Positions 41,521-52,612 are shown, numbered from the stretch's first letter. The stretch: DNA of 64,000 nucleotides from Minisyncoccota bacterium (GCA_041661265.1 JBAZUT010000005.1:27038-91037), one strand, 5' to 3'. Notes: generated from the letters alone by a model not told the origin. Program-made: numbers and translations.

Positions 41521-41736
41521 TTGAGTAACACAACCTACGCACTGAAAATAATTGAATATAAGCTGGTTCCGATGATCATCACATGGGCCGCCGCATTGGC
41601 ACTGCTCGTTTACACGAATTCGATCATCATCCGAGAAAACTTTTGGGATGCGACAACTACAGTAGGAGGATTAATAATAATCATAGTTGCGGCATATATA
41701 ACAATGAAAATATTGGATCATGTGGTCAAAGAATAA
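41521..41736 (+). CDS. hypothetical small membrane protein (doubtful)
   Basis: 71 aa with two hydrophobic segments; lies in the pgk–gap spacer on the opposite strand. Confidence 0.3.
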   Translation: MSNTTYALKIIEYKLVPMIITWAAALALLVYTNSIIIRENFWDATTTVGGLIIIIVAAYITMKILDHVVKE

Positions 41737-41779
41737 TCAACTTTAAGCGATAAAATCGCTTTTTTTTATTTGAAGAAAA

Positions 41780-42811
<1,032 letters not shown>

Positions 42812-42832
42812 TTAACTTAGTTCTTGATTTTT

Positions 42833-42850
42833 CTCCCCTGACAAGGGGAG
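42833..42850. repeat. GC-rich palindrome ctcccctgacaaggggag on the 3' side of the DUF559 gene
   Basis: Perfect 7-bp stem with a 4-nt loop; inverted copy (1 mismatch) of the element at 43277-43292. Confidence 0.6.
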
Positions 42851-42851
42851 A

Positions 42852-43250
42852 TCAAGAGGGGTTTGCATTTCGAACTGCATCCCTTTTATATACTTTATTT
42901 TTTAAATCCATATAAACGCCATCGATATTTTCAATTATTTCTTTATTCGTAAATCTGATTACTGCAATTCCATATTCGGATAATTTTTGTGTTCTGGTTT
43001 TATCATAATCCTCTTGTTCGGCATGAGAATCGCCATCTATCTCAATCGCAAGCAATAGTTTCGCGCAATAAAAATCAACTATGTAGTTCAGTAAAGGTTT
43101 TTGCCGTAAAAATTTATATTTTTCAAATTGCTTGTTGCAAAGCACCTTGTACCATAGTTTCTTTTCTGCAAATGTCGGATTTTTTCTGTTTTGACGGGCT
43201 TTTTCTGTAAGCTTTTTGTCATATGAGATATGTTTTTTTGATTTGAACAT
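42852..43250 (-). CDS. DUF559 (Vsr-like endonuclease fold) protein
   Basis: FRRQ-type block (KFLRQKPLLNYIVDFYCAKLLLAIEIDGDSH) and C-terminal ...VIRFTNKEI, the DUF559 pattern. Confidence 0.7.
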   Translation of the reverse strand: MFKSKKHISYDKKLTEKARQNRKNPTFAEKKLWYKVLCNKQFEKYKFLRQKPLLNYIVDFYCAKLLLAIEIDGDSHAEQEDYDKTRTQKLSEYGIAVIRFTNKEIIENIDGVYMDLKNKVYKRDAVRNANPS

Positions 43251-43276
43251 ACTTGCATTAATACAACCCCCTTAAT

Positions 43277-43292
43277 CCCCCTTATCAGGGGG
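43277..43292. repeat. GC-rich hairpin cccccttatcaggggg on the 5' side of the DUF559 gene
   Basis: 6-bp stem with a 4-nt loop, preceded by a second cccccttaa half-site. Confidence 0.55.
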
Positions 43293-43305
43293 AAATAATC
43301 TTTTT

Positions 43306-44514
43306 CTACTCCGGTTCTGTGAATTTAAAAGTGGAGAGAATTTTATCGAAATAATCCAAAGCTAAGTCATCTCTCTTTGAGTCACGCGCTATATTATAAG
43401 AATAGTCATTATATAATCTTATATTGTATATTTTTTCACCCTCTAGGAATATATTGGGCTCCCCGTAAAATAACCCGTTTAATTCCGTAACTCTTATTCC
43501 TTGCAGTCCTTCATATTGATAACTTTCATATTTCTCCACTACAGAAAAATTACTTTTAAGCCAGCTGCTCCAATTAAAATTAATCGGCTTAGAATAGACA
43601 TCAATCTGTACCCCTATCCAGTCGTTTGTATATTTTGGATTCATCTCTCTGCCATCAGATGAAAAAAAGTCATCCGGCGCTGCTCCGCCAATCACAATCT
43701 CTCTATCACTGTTTAATAGTAAAATACCGGCGTTATTATCCGGACTATCTTTTTTACTCCAGTCTTTCGGATATTTTGCCTCAAAACCATATTCTTCATT
43801 TCTGTAAGTTTGCCAATCCAATACATCATTCTTTGCAGGCCTTATATCTAAAATCTCCCCCGTCGCAGAATCTATCATTCGGGTTTCCGTCATTCCGGAT
43901 AATCCCAGGTCTGCTTCATAGGTGATGGTTTTGTCGTCTTGCGACCATACGAAATTTCTGCCGCTGCCGCCAATGAGAAAATAGAAACTCGGCTGACTAA
44001 TGCAAGCGCGCACGGACGATATTAAACCAAAATTACTCGATTTATCGTTATTTTTACAAAATGTGTCAGAGGGTCCTTTCGACTCAAGTTTATATATTCC
44101 GATCCACGCTTGCGGGAGATCCCCCGCCAGGCATCCGCTGGAAAAAACGATTCTGTCTCCACTACTCGATAGATTAGCGCTCAGAAAACAATCTCCTGCA
44201 TATTTGGCATTCGTATCCTGGAAAGTTTCGGAATCATATGCATAACCCGAATCTTTCATATATTTATTCGAATCGTCTATTGTAAATATTGCCTGTTTTG
44301 TATCAGCACTTAAAATCGATCTCGCATCGGAAGAAATTTCGATCCCCCTTATCTCCGCAACGTCAGATGACATATTATCCGTACCGAAACTTCGGGTGAA
44401 AACATATAAAGCAACGCTTGAAACAACAATAAAGCCCGCCACCGCAGACAGTCCGAGCACAGTCTTCGCAAACATGACGAACATAGGTTCTTTCTTTGTT
44501 TTATTCTTAGCCAT
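43306..44514 (-). CDS. hypothetical membrane-anchored exported protein
   Basis: N-terminal signal-anchor followed by a 360-aa beta-rich domain. Confidence 0.5.
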   Translation of the reverse strand: MAKNKTKKEPMFVMFAKTVLGLSAVAGFIVVSSVALYVFTRSFGTDNMSSDVAEIRGIEISSDARSILSADTKQAIFTIDDSNKYMKDSGYAYDSETFQDTNAKYAGDCFLSANLSSSGDRIVFSSGCLAGDLPQAWIGIYKLESKGPSDTFCKNNDKSSNFGLISSVRACISQPSFYFLIGGSGRNFVWSQDDKTITYEADLGLSGMTETRMIDSATGEILDIRPAKNDVLDWQTYRNEEYGFEAKYPKDWSKKDSPDNNAGILLLNSDREIVIGGAAPDDFFSSDGREMNPKYTNDWIGVQIDVYSKPINFNWSSWLKSNFSVVEKYESYQYEGLQGIRVTELNGLFYGEPNIFLEGEKIYNIRLYNDYSYNIARDSKRDDLALDYFDKILSTFKFTEPE

Positions 44515-44657
44515 AGTTTTGTATTATTTTTTTCATAAACCAAACAAACAAGTCTTTGACTTATATGGCTATATTCTATCATTTTTTTCAATAATTATCA
44601 AAAAAAGAAATACCTGATGCGCAATGCACGGGTATTTCAAAGAATATTCCGCAGGAT

Positions 44658-46229
44658 CTATCTGTCGTATCCGGAATATGACAAATTGAAGCTTTTATTT
44701 ATAAGCGGAAAATCAGGAACAACATTCCCCTTTACCGCATATGGGAATGCCGCCCAGTTCAAGAATGAAGCGTCTCTTGCCTGGACACGACTGATCTCGC
44801 CATTCCTGTCCGTTGAGACAAAATATACTATATTACCCCGCCATCCTTCGGTCACAGAAACGGAATATGAGCTATTTTTGAACTTTATTGCATCTTTTGA
44901 CCTTATTTCACCTGGAGGAAGAACATACAAAGCCTTTTTCAGGATATTCATCGAAACGTATACCTCTCTCACCTTTACCATGAATCTCGCATAAACATCC
45001 CTGGTGCTTTCCGTCGGAACGTCCACTTCGAATTTATCATATGCGGCATATGGATAATCAACTCTCACGTCAAGATCAAGCCCCATTGCTCGCGCCGCAA
45101 CGCCGCATAGATCGTGATCGATAGCGGCTTGAGCGTCCATGAATCCGGTTCCTTTCAACCGATTCATAAGAGAGTTGCTATCGAAACATATTTCCATAAC
45201 TTGCCTGAAATCCGATTCAATTGCCTCAAGGTTCGTCCGCAGCTTATTTGCGGCTTCCTCTGAAACATCTTTTTCAACTCCGCCTATTGAATTTACGCCC
45301 CTGAGGAATCTGCTTCCCGTGAGCTTTTCATTCCATTGCATGATCATCTCGCGAAGCCTTGATCCGTTTGCGCCTCCGAAGTTGAAACCCGTATCCAGCA
45401 TGATGAATCCTATGTCATTGAAATGATTTGCGAGACGCTCAAGTTCCGCATAAACCACTCTCAGATACTTTGCGCGCTCGGGAACATTGACCCCGCCTAA
45501 ATTTTCCAATGCCTGACAGAATGCAAGCGAATGGCTGAACGAGCTGTCGCCGGATACCCCCTCTGAAAGCGCAACTTTTTTCGCAAGCGGCAGCACCTCA
45601 AACAGCTTTTCGACGCCCTTATGTTTATATCCCAAAAGAGGTTCGAGGGAAATGATCTCTTCTCCCGCGACCGAAAATCTGAAATGCCCGGGCTCTATGA
45701 TCCCGGCATGGACCGGTCCGACCGGGATCTCATATATTCCCTCTCCTTCAACCTTTCTGAACTGGTGCGGCTCACCTTTGGCGTTCTCGGGCCTGGTATC
45801 CCACTTGAAATCTTTTCTGAGCGGATAAACTCCCAAGGGCCAGTTTTCATGCAAAATAACACGCTTTTGATAGTAATGATCCGTCGGAATCAGTCCGAAG
45901 AAGGTCATAATCTCCCTTTCGTACCAGCTTGATCCGTGTATTTTCACAACCAATGACGGAAATTCCTCGGTATTCTTCAAAGTTATATAAGGAACCAGGA
46001 ACATCTTTTCTTTCGGTATCCCAAAAACATAGAATATTTTGAATGCGCCGTTTTCGCTCCGTTCATCCGTCGCTGTTATGGTCATAAGCTGCAACTTCTG
46101 TTCATTGTGAAAGCCGACACAGACATTTTCAATGTCCCGAGCCGGGACTTCGAACATCAGAAGGTTATTCTGTTCTTCTGTCCTATAATTTGAAGGTATA
46201 TATTTTTTTATTATCTCTTCTTTGTTCAT
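44658..46229 (-). CDS. NuoC–NuoD fusion / [NiFe]-hydrogenase large-subunit-like protein lacking the NiFe-binding cysteines (Ehr-type)
   Basis: NuoC-like HPLRKDF motif (NWPLGVYPLRKDF), then the NuoD/HycE-like core (EIPVGPVHAGIIEPGHFRF). There are no RxCGxC (L1) or DPCxxC (L2) cysteine pairs; the protein ends ...YSGYDR. Confidence 0.7.
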   Translation of the reverse strand: MNKEEIIKKYIPSNYRTEEQNNLLMFEVPARDIENVCVGFHNEQKLQLMTITATDERSENGAFKIFYVFGIPKEKMFLVPYITLKNTEEFPSLVVKIHGSSWYEREIMTFFGLIPTDHYYQKRVILHENWPLGVYPLRKDFKWDTRPENAKGEPHQFRKVEGEGIYEIPVGPVHAGIIEPGHFRFSVAGEEIISLEPLLGYKHKGVEKLFEVLPLAKKVALSEGVSGDSSFSHSLAFCQALENLGGVNVPERAKYLRVVYAELERLANHFNDIGFIMLDTGFNFGGANGSRLREMIMQWNEKLTGSRFLRGVNSIGGVEKDVSEEAANKLRTNLEAIESDFRQVMEICFDSNSLMNRLKGTGFMDAQAAIDHDLCGVAARAMGLDLDVRVDYPYAAYDKFEVDVPTESTRDVYARFMVKVREVYVSMNILKKALYVLPPGEIRSKDAIKFKNSSYSVSVTEGWRGNIVYFVSTDRNGEISRVQARDASFLNWAAFPYAVKGNVVPDFPLINKSFNLSYSGYDR

Positions 46230-46241
46230 GTCTTTATCTCG

Positions 46242-47696
46242 TTATAAAAATAATTTAGATGCGCTCTCGATCAATCTCACGATAAAAGGCGGAAAGAATA
46301 ATCCGAAGCCCACAAGAATGACAGCGACAACCGCAAGCGGAGCTGTCGTTAGAAATCCGAATTCGCCTTTCTTTATCCCGGCAGGAACTTCCCCGAATAC
46401 CATTGATGTCGCATGCCTCAGGAAACCCACAAATACGATGATTATGCCGGCCATTGCAAGCGCGACTATTCCGGGATAACTTGATATTCCCGCGGATAAT
46501 ATATAGAATTCCGTGAAAAAGAGGCCGAATGGAGGGACTCCGGTTATCGCAAAAACCCCAAAAAGGAACAAAATACCTGTAAATGGAAGTGCGGACAAAA
46601 CCCCTCTGACATTCGATATTTTGGTTGAGCTGTATTTCAGAAAGATGTTTCCGCTGCAAAGAAAGAGCAGTGATTTTGCAAGTGAATGGAAGACCATATG
46701 AAGAAGTCCCGCCAAGACTCCCATCCCTCCGAATCCGAAACCCAAAGCTATTATGCCCATATGTTCGATCGATGAATAAGCAAGCAGGCGCTTATAGTTT
46801 ACCTGGACCAAAATGATAAAAGCTGCGATGATGATCGATACGATTCCGAAAAGAACCAGAAGTCCGCTTGAAAAATCCGAACCTATCATATTGTCAACTA
46901 CGATCTTGTTCCTCAAAATTGCAAAAAATGAAACGTTCAGTAGCACTCCGGAAAGAAGCGCGGAAAGAGGTACTGGCGCTTTGGAATGAGCATCGGGAAG
47001 CCAGGTATGCATCGGAACAAGTCCGGTCTTGGTGCCGAATCCCACCATAATGAAAATGAAAGCTACCTTTATGGCCAGCGGATCCTGGATCGCACCGATA
47101 CTTATCAGGTCTTTCCAGCTCACTATCAGCTCAGTTCCCTCAAGATGCGACGAAGACACTGCAAGCAATATTAGCGTTCCAAGAAAACCCAGAAGCAATC
47201 CGACCGAATTTATGATCAGATATTTCCATGCCGCCTCCATTGCTGATGGTTTGTTGTAAAAACTGATCAGGAACGCCGTGGACAGCGTCGTAGCTTCAAT
47301 TGCGATCCACATCAGTGCCGGATTAGAAACCATCACGGCAAAAAACATTGTAAAAATAAAAAGATTCAGAAGGATGAAGAACTGCTTGATCCTGCTGAAA
47401 CCTACTATATCCTTCTTGTTCTCTTCGTGAAGATATCCCATAGAATAGATGCCTGCCGAAAAACTGCCCACCGTGATGATAAAGATCAGCAGCGCGCTGA
47501 GCGAATCTACATAATAATATGTCGAGGAATATATTCCGCTGGCGATCGTTTGCGATATAACGCTTGCCGAAAAGAATATTTCCAGGGCCGAAGCCGCGAA
47601 CATTATATGTTTTATATATATTTTTTGCTCCCTTTTGACGAACGATACGGATATTGCCGCAAGGATGGGAACCAGAAGAAGAAATGTTAATAGCAT
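46242..47696 (-). CDS. NuoN/NuoM/HyfF-like antiporter-type membrane subunit
   Basis: 484 aa with ~14 transmembrane helices and proton-pumping antiporter-like blocks (WLPDAHSKAP). Confidence 0.7.
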   Translation of the reverse strand: MLLTFLLLVPILAAISVSFVKREQKIYIKHIMFAASALEIFFSASVISQTIASGIYSSTYYYVDSLSALLIFIITVGSFSAGIYSMGYLHEENKKDIVGFSRIKQFFILLNLFIFTMFFAVMVSNPALMWIAIEATTLSTAFLISFYNKPSAMEAAWKYLIINSVGLLLGFLGTLILLAVSSSHLEGTELIVSWKDLISIGAIQDPLAIKVAFIFIMVGFGTKTGLVPMHTWLPDAHSKAPVPLSALLSGVLLNVSFFAILRNKIVVDNMIGSDFSSGLLVLFGIVSIIIAAFIILVQVNYKRLLAYSSIEHMGIIALGFGFGGMGVLAGLLHMVFHSLAKSLLFLCSGNIFLKYSSTKISNVRGVLSALPFTGILFLFGVFAITGVPPFGLFFTEFYILSAGISSYPGIVALAMAGIIIVFVGFLRHATSMVFGEVPAGIKKGEFGFLTTAPLAVVAVILVGFGLFFPPFIVRLIESASKLFL

Positions 47697-47708
47697 AGAA
47701 GTGTATTA

Positions 47709-48365
47709 TTAATCTTTCAAATGTGTTATTTGCGTGATATTAAGAGAACCGAAATGCTTATACATCATAGAAATGAAAACCGTTGCTATTACGCTCCAAA
47801 CAAAGATATCGAAAATTATCCCCAGTTCCAGGACCAGAGTCTGTTTCAAGCCTATGATCGAAGCGAAAGAAACAATGCAATTTTCCAGCGTAAGAATGCC
47901 TATGATCTGTGATAGCGCTCCTCTTTTGTTTATTGTGAGAAAAAGCGAGGCCAATATGCCGCTGAGCGCGATCGGGATCGCACTTGAATATTCCGTAGGC
48001 ATGGATGTCAGCGATCGGAACACGGAAGAATTCGCAAGAACGACGATGAGCATGATGACTATGAGCGTCATCGGAACACTGAGATATGACGTAGTTGCAA
48101 ATTTCAACTTTTGCCTGTCGATCAATTTGAAAAAGAAGATTGGCATGATGACAACTTTGACGGCAAGCATCGCCAGGGCGCTGATGAAAAGTCCCGATGA
48201 GTTTTCCTGAAAAGAAAAGATGATCAGCATCAGGCTCACGATAAAAGATTGCGCCGCATAAATCATAACACTTGTCCTGCTTTCATTCATCAGCTGCAAA
48301 ACTATCACCGTGATAAACAGCAGAGTCTCCAGAAAATATAGCGAATTTACGATCATTTCCTGCAT
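47709..48365 (-). CDS. HyfE-like / NuoK-related small membrane subunit
   Basis: 218-aa polytopic membrane protein at the HyfE position of the module. Confidence 0.5.
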   Translation of the reverse strand: MQEMIVNSLYFLETLLFITVIVLQLMNESRTSVMIYAAQSFIVSLMLIIFSFQENSSGLFISALAMLAVKVVIMPIFFFKLIDRQKLKFATTSYLSVPMTLIVIMLIVVLANSSVFRSLTSMPTEYSSAIPIALSGILASLFLTINKRGALSQIIGILTLENCIVSFASIIGLKQTLVLELGIIFDIFVWSVIATVFISMMYKHFGSLNITQITHLKD

Positions 48366-48369
48366 AATT

Positions 48370-49302
48370 TTATATTATCGTTAAAACGATTGATATCATT
48401 CCAAGCACAAGAGAGGTCATCAGAAGATCCGGCAGTCTGAAAAATCGCAGTTTTGCGATAGTTGATTCCAGAACCGCCACGCTCGCGGACAAAACAAAGA
48501 CCTTCACGGCAAACAGCAGCAGCGAAACGATCACGGGAACAACCTCGGAAGTATTCGCGACCTGCCAGGGAAAGAATATATTCGCTGCAAGTGATATGAA
48601 GATGAGAAGCTTATTTGCCGCCGCCCATTCGATCAGAGCCAGCCTTTTTCCGGAATATTCGAGTATCATGGCCTCATGGATCATGGTCAGCTCAAGATGC
48701 GTTGCCGGATTGTCAAAAGGATATCTTGCGCATTCAGCGAGAAGCACTATATAGAAAGCGATGAATGCGATGAGGACCGGAGCAATGATATCGGAAACGG
48801 GCATCGACGAAAGCGCGCCTATCATATTCGGGAAATCGGACTTGCCGGTCAATAACGAAACTGAAAACAGCGAAAAAATAAATCCGCCTTCTGTAAGCGC
48901 CGCCACGGTCATTTCCCTGCTCGATCCCATTCCGCCAAAAGCACTGGAAGTGTCAAGTCCCGAAAGTGCCAGAAAAAAAGCTCCAAAAGCGATCAAATAG
49001 ACAAATACCAGAAAATCTCCAAGATACGAAAGCGACGCATCGGTGCTTATGGTCGGCACCCCAAACGAGATCGCTACCGTCAATGCAAAAAGAAAATAGG
49101 GCGTGTATCTGAATATCCAGGATGCATTTTCCGAGATAACTTCGTCCTTATTGAAAAGCTTCATGAGGTCGCGATATGGCTGGAATACGCTCGCCCCTTG
49201 CCTGTTCTGAAACTTCGCCTTGATCTTCCTAATCACACCGACGATCAATGGAGAAAATGCCGGAATGAGAAGCGACTGTATGATTAATAAAGCTATATTC
49301 AT
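48370..49302 (-). CDS. NuoH/HycD-like membrane subunit
   Basis: 310 aa with 8 transmembrane helices and NuoH-like blocks (RLALIEWAAANK). Confidence 0.6.
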   Translation of the reverse strand: MNIALLIIQSLLIPAFSPLIVGVIRKIKAKFQNRQGASVFQPYRDLMKLFNKDEVISENASWIFRYTPYFLFALTVAISFGVPTISTDASLSYLGDFLVFVYLIAFGAFFLALSGLDTSSAFGGMGSSREMTVAALTEGGFIFSLFSVSLLTGKSDFPNMIGALSSMPVSDIIAPVLIAFIAFYIVLLAECARYPFDNPATHLELTMIHEAMILEYSGKRLALIEWAAANKLLIFISLAANIFFPWQVANTSEVVPVIVSLLLFAVKVFVLSASVAVLESTIAKLRFFRLPDLLMTSLVLGMISIVLTII

Positions 49303-49306
49303 AATT

Positions 49307-51361
49307 TTATTTCGTTACCCAAATAAGAAGGATTATGATCGTCATAAAAATATACAAAAGATACAGATTGATATTTCCGCATTGGATCCTCTTTGCTATG
49401 TCCGAGATCCCTATGATCATGCGGGATACGGGTCCATAGATATAGCTTTTATATATATTTCCGATCCCAAGCGTGACAGTGCTGGATTTGGTGAAATATC
49501 TTATATTCGCATCATGATATTCGATATCGATCTGTTTTGTCGGCTTTAATATTCCGCTGAACATGGAAATTATCGAACGGGAAAAACTGGTAGCCGTAAT
49601 TTCCATCCGCGGATTTAGATTTGCTCCGCAATCCCATGTTCCATAGATCCTTTCCTTGCAAGATCCGGAGATCTTTTTTACCGCAAAATAGGCAATGGCC
49701 GCAAAAAGAACTATTAAAATAAATATCTGCATCATTGCAAGAGAAGCATGGTCGCTCCTGACACTGATGACTCCATTGCCGGCAGGCATAAACGGAATCT
49801 CATTTGAGAAAATCAGAAGACTATTCGTAATATTTCCGAGATAAATAACTACCCGATCGGAAAACACACCGAGAGCCAGGCACAGAAATGCAAGAACGGA
49901 CATTCCGAAAAGCAGAGTCCTGTCGGATTCCTTGGCGTTTTCGCTTTCATGGCTCCGGGATTTTGCAAGAAAAGTCACGCCGAACGCCTTCACAAAACAT
50001 GCGGCTGCAAGCCCTCCCGTAAATGCGAGAGAAACTATGGCAAAGATGAATACGCTTTTCTCAAATATTCCGAAAGTTCCGACTCCAGCAAAAAGCGCCT
50101 GATAGGTCAGCCATTCGCTCGCAAATCCGTTGAAGGGAGGCAGCGCTGATATTGCCACTGATCCTACAAGAAAGAAAAGCGCAGTATATGGCATTTTCTT
50201 GATCAATCCTCCATATTCTTCGATGTTGCGCGTGTGAGTTGCAGAAACGACTGATCCGGCTCCCAAAAAGAGAAGGGCTTTGAAAATAGCATGATTCATG
50301 GTATGGAAAAGAGCCGCAGCAAATGCGAGCGCAGCCAGCGTCATATTTTGCGCAGATATGAAAATCAGAGAGCTTCCAAGGCCCATCAGGATTATACCGA
50401 TATTTTCAACGCTATGGTATGCGAGCAATCGCTTGATATCGTGCTCGGTTATGGCATATAAAACGCCCAGGAGCGATGACACTGCACCAAGCACCAAGAC
50501 CAGCATCCCGAACCACATCGCATTGGAAGGGATAACATCGAAGAATAGCCGTATGATCATGAATATTCCAGTTTTTATCATTACTCCGGACATCAGCGCG
50601 GAAACCTGGCTTGGGGCCGCAGGATGCGCCTCCGGAAGCCAGATATGCAACGGTATAATTCCCGCTTTTGTTCCGAATCCCACCAGCATCAGAAGCGATA
50701 TTATTGCAAAATAGAACGGGGAAATATTCGCCGAAGCAAGTCGGATCGCATCGAAATCAAAAGAACCGGTCGCTGAATATATGAGCATGAACGCCAGGAT
50801 TATTCCCCCGGTCGCAATATGCGTCATTATGAAATATAAAAACCCTGCCTTAATATTCTCCTTATGGTCATGCTCAAAGATTACGAGAAAATACGAGACC
50901 AGAGACATCAGCTCCCAGACAACCAAAAAATATAAAGCGTCATTCGAGGTCACCACCAGCATCATGCTCGCGATGAATATATTATAGAAAAATCCGAACA
51001 GCCCTATATTGTACTTTCCATAGAATTGGCGCATATATCCGATCGAATAGACGGAGCTGAGAAGCGCGACCAATGAGATTATAAAAACGAAAAAAGCTGA
51101 CAGAAGGTCAACTTTCATATTTATCGGAAAAAGGAAAAATGTTTCGGTAGCTTTGAATGAAAAATTTGAATTGGATAGGATGACAGATACAGCATATAAA
51201 AGTCCCATGAAGGACCCGAAGATCGCGAAGCTATTGCCCCAAATATTCTCCAAATTATCATCTTTTTTTAGTACGGATATGAGGAGCGCTCCGATTGCGC
51301 CAAGAGCGAATATACCGAGTGAAATAAATAAACCTTCCTGAATAAAAAAAGCTGGAAACAT
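49307..51361 (-). CDS. NuoL/HyfB/MrpA-like antiporter-type membrane subunit
   Basis: 684 aa; HIWLPEAHPAAPSQVSALMSGVMIKTG conserved antiporter block. Confidence 0.75.
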   Translation of the reverse strand: MFPAFFIQEGLFISLGIFALGAIGALLISVLKKDDNLENIWGNSFAIFGSFMGLLYAVSVILSNSNFSFKATETFFLFPINMKVDLLSAFFVFIISLVALLSSVYSIGYMRQFYGKYNIGLFGFFYNIFIASMMLVVTSNDALYFLVVWELMSLVSYFLVIFEHDHKENIKAGFLYFIMTHIATGGIILAFMLIYSATGSFDFDAIRLASANISPFYFAIISLLMLVGFGTKAGIIPLHIWLPEAHPAAPSQVSALMSGVMIKTGIFMIIRLFFDVIPSNAMWFGMLVLVLGAVSSLLGVLYAITEHDIKRLLAYHSVENIGIILMGLGSSLIFISAQNMTLAALAFAAALFHTMNHAIFKALLFLGAGSVVSATHTRNIEEYGGLIKKMPYTALFFLVGSVAISALPPFNGFASEWLTYQALFAGVGTFGIFEKSVFIFAIVSLAFTGGLAAACFVKAFGVTFLAKSRSHESENAKESDRTLLFGMSVLAFLCLALGVFSDRVVIYLGNITNSLLIFSNEIPFMPAGNGVISVRSDHASLAMMQIFILIVLFAAIAYFAVKKISGSCKERIYGTWDCGANLNPRMEITATSFSRSIISMFSGILKPTKQIDIEYHDANIRYFTKSSTVTLGIGNIYKSYIYGPVSRMIIGISDIAKRIQCGNINLYLLYIFMTIIILLIWVTK

Positions 51362-51363
51362 AG

Positions 51364-51900
51364 TTATGATTTACTGTTATTTTTATCAATTATCTTCAAA
51401 ATTTGAAGCAAAGCGCAAAGGATCCTCTTTGGTGAAGGTGGATCTCCGGGAATCTTGAAATCGACCGGTATCACTTTTTCCACGCCATCCATTACGGCAT
51501 ATGAACCCTTGAAAATTCCGCCGTCGATCGCATCATCCCCCACCGCAACGACTATCTTCGGTTCAGGAGTCGCTTCATAGGTCTTTTTCAGGGCTGCGGC
51601 CATATTCCTGGAAACAGGGCCTGTGACCATCAGCATATCGGCATGCCTCGGAGATGCGACAAAATGCACGCCGAACCGCTCCACGTCATAAAAGGAATTG
51701 CCCAAAGCAGTCAGTTCCTGCTCGCAGGCATTGGTGGACCCGGCATCAACTTCTCTTATGGCAAGCGAACCTTTGAATATTTTCCTGATCTCTTCACTCA
51801 ACTTGGTGCCGATAAATTCAACGTCCTTTTCAGAATAGAGTTTTTCGGGCTCTATAATTGTTTTCGGAGTTGAAAATATTTTGGAATACATCCTCAGCAT
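51364..51900 (-). CDS. NuoB/HycG-like small subunit with the [4Fe-4S]-binding cysteines replaced (Ehr-type)
   Basis: Matches the NuoB core (VASPRHADMLMVTGPVSRNMAAALKKTYEATPEPKIVVAVG) but carries GDDAIDGG where GSCAxxGG is expected, GDPPSP where GCPP is expected, and a single Cys in the CCxxE region. Confidence 0.7.
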   Translation of the reverse strand: MLRMYSKIFSTPKTIIEPEKLYSEKDVEFIGTKLSEEIRKIFKGSLAIREVDAGSTNACEQELTALGNSFYDVERFGVHFVASPRHADMLMVTGPVSRNMAAALKKTYEATPEPKIVVAVGDDAIDGGIFKGSYAVMDGVEKVIPVDFKIPGDPPSPKRILCALLQILKIIDKNNSKS

Positions 51901-52037
51901 AATTTAATATAACCGAATAAAACACCGCAAATAGGCGGTATTCAGCATTTTCTTTCCTAAAATGTTGATATCTTGGATAAATGTATCAAAAAACTGCTCT
52001 CACTGGAAATCTCAACACCTATTTACAATAGCCTTTT

Positions 52038-52496
52038 TTAATATTTTGTCAACCTCCTCTTTAATTTTTTGATAAGATCCTCATCGCTTTCAAATTCAAC
52101 GATCTCGCATTTGCTTATCGAATTCAGACCATGGGCAAGCAGCGTGATCTTCTCTTCGGGCCTTTTTATTATGATCACCGGAATGCCGCTCCTGATGGCA
52201 TAACCGATCTCGATGCAGACTCCTCCGCTTTGAGGATCTCCGATGTATGCAAGAAGAAGGTCCGTTTCGTCCGTTATTTTTTTGTATTGCGCCATGAACA
52301 GTTCCCGAAGCGGAGGAAATGTTTTGCCCCAGCCATGATAGTCTCTGTGAGGTATCGTGATCTCATGCCCCATCTCTTCGATCCTATCCGTCGTATTTTC
52401 GAGCCATTTATTAAAATCGTCGGGAGTCCAGCCGTATTCCGCTCCTTCTTTTTTGATCGCAAGATTTGTGTATGGCGCCGCAAAATATATGCGCAT
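52038..52496 (-). CDS. nucleoside 2-deoxyribosyltransferase-like (Rossmann-fold) protein
   Basis: 152 aa; YFAAPY...D/E pattern and PVIIIK resemble the NDT/PF05014 family (weak). Confidence 0.4.
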   Translation of the reverse strand: MRIYFAAPYTNLAIKKEGAEYGWTPDDFNKWLENTTDRIEEMGHEITIPHRDYHGWGKTFPPLRELFMAQYKKITDETDLLLAYIGDPQSGGVCIEIGYAIRSGIPVIIIKRPEEKITLLAHGLNSISKCEIVEFESDEDLIKKLKRRLTKY

Positions 52497-52612
52497 AAAG
52501 GTCAGTTAGTTCATATGATTGCATTTTATCACTTTCAAGGAAGCATATCAATTTTGGCGAATCCCGATTTTTGTGTTATAATTGCTTTATATTAACCAAA
52601 TCGTTACCGACC

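Noticed and set aside
42856-42880. Second hairpin (aggggtttgcatttcgaactgcatccct) next to the DUF559 3' palindrome
   Set aside because: The arms are not truly complementary on inspection.
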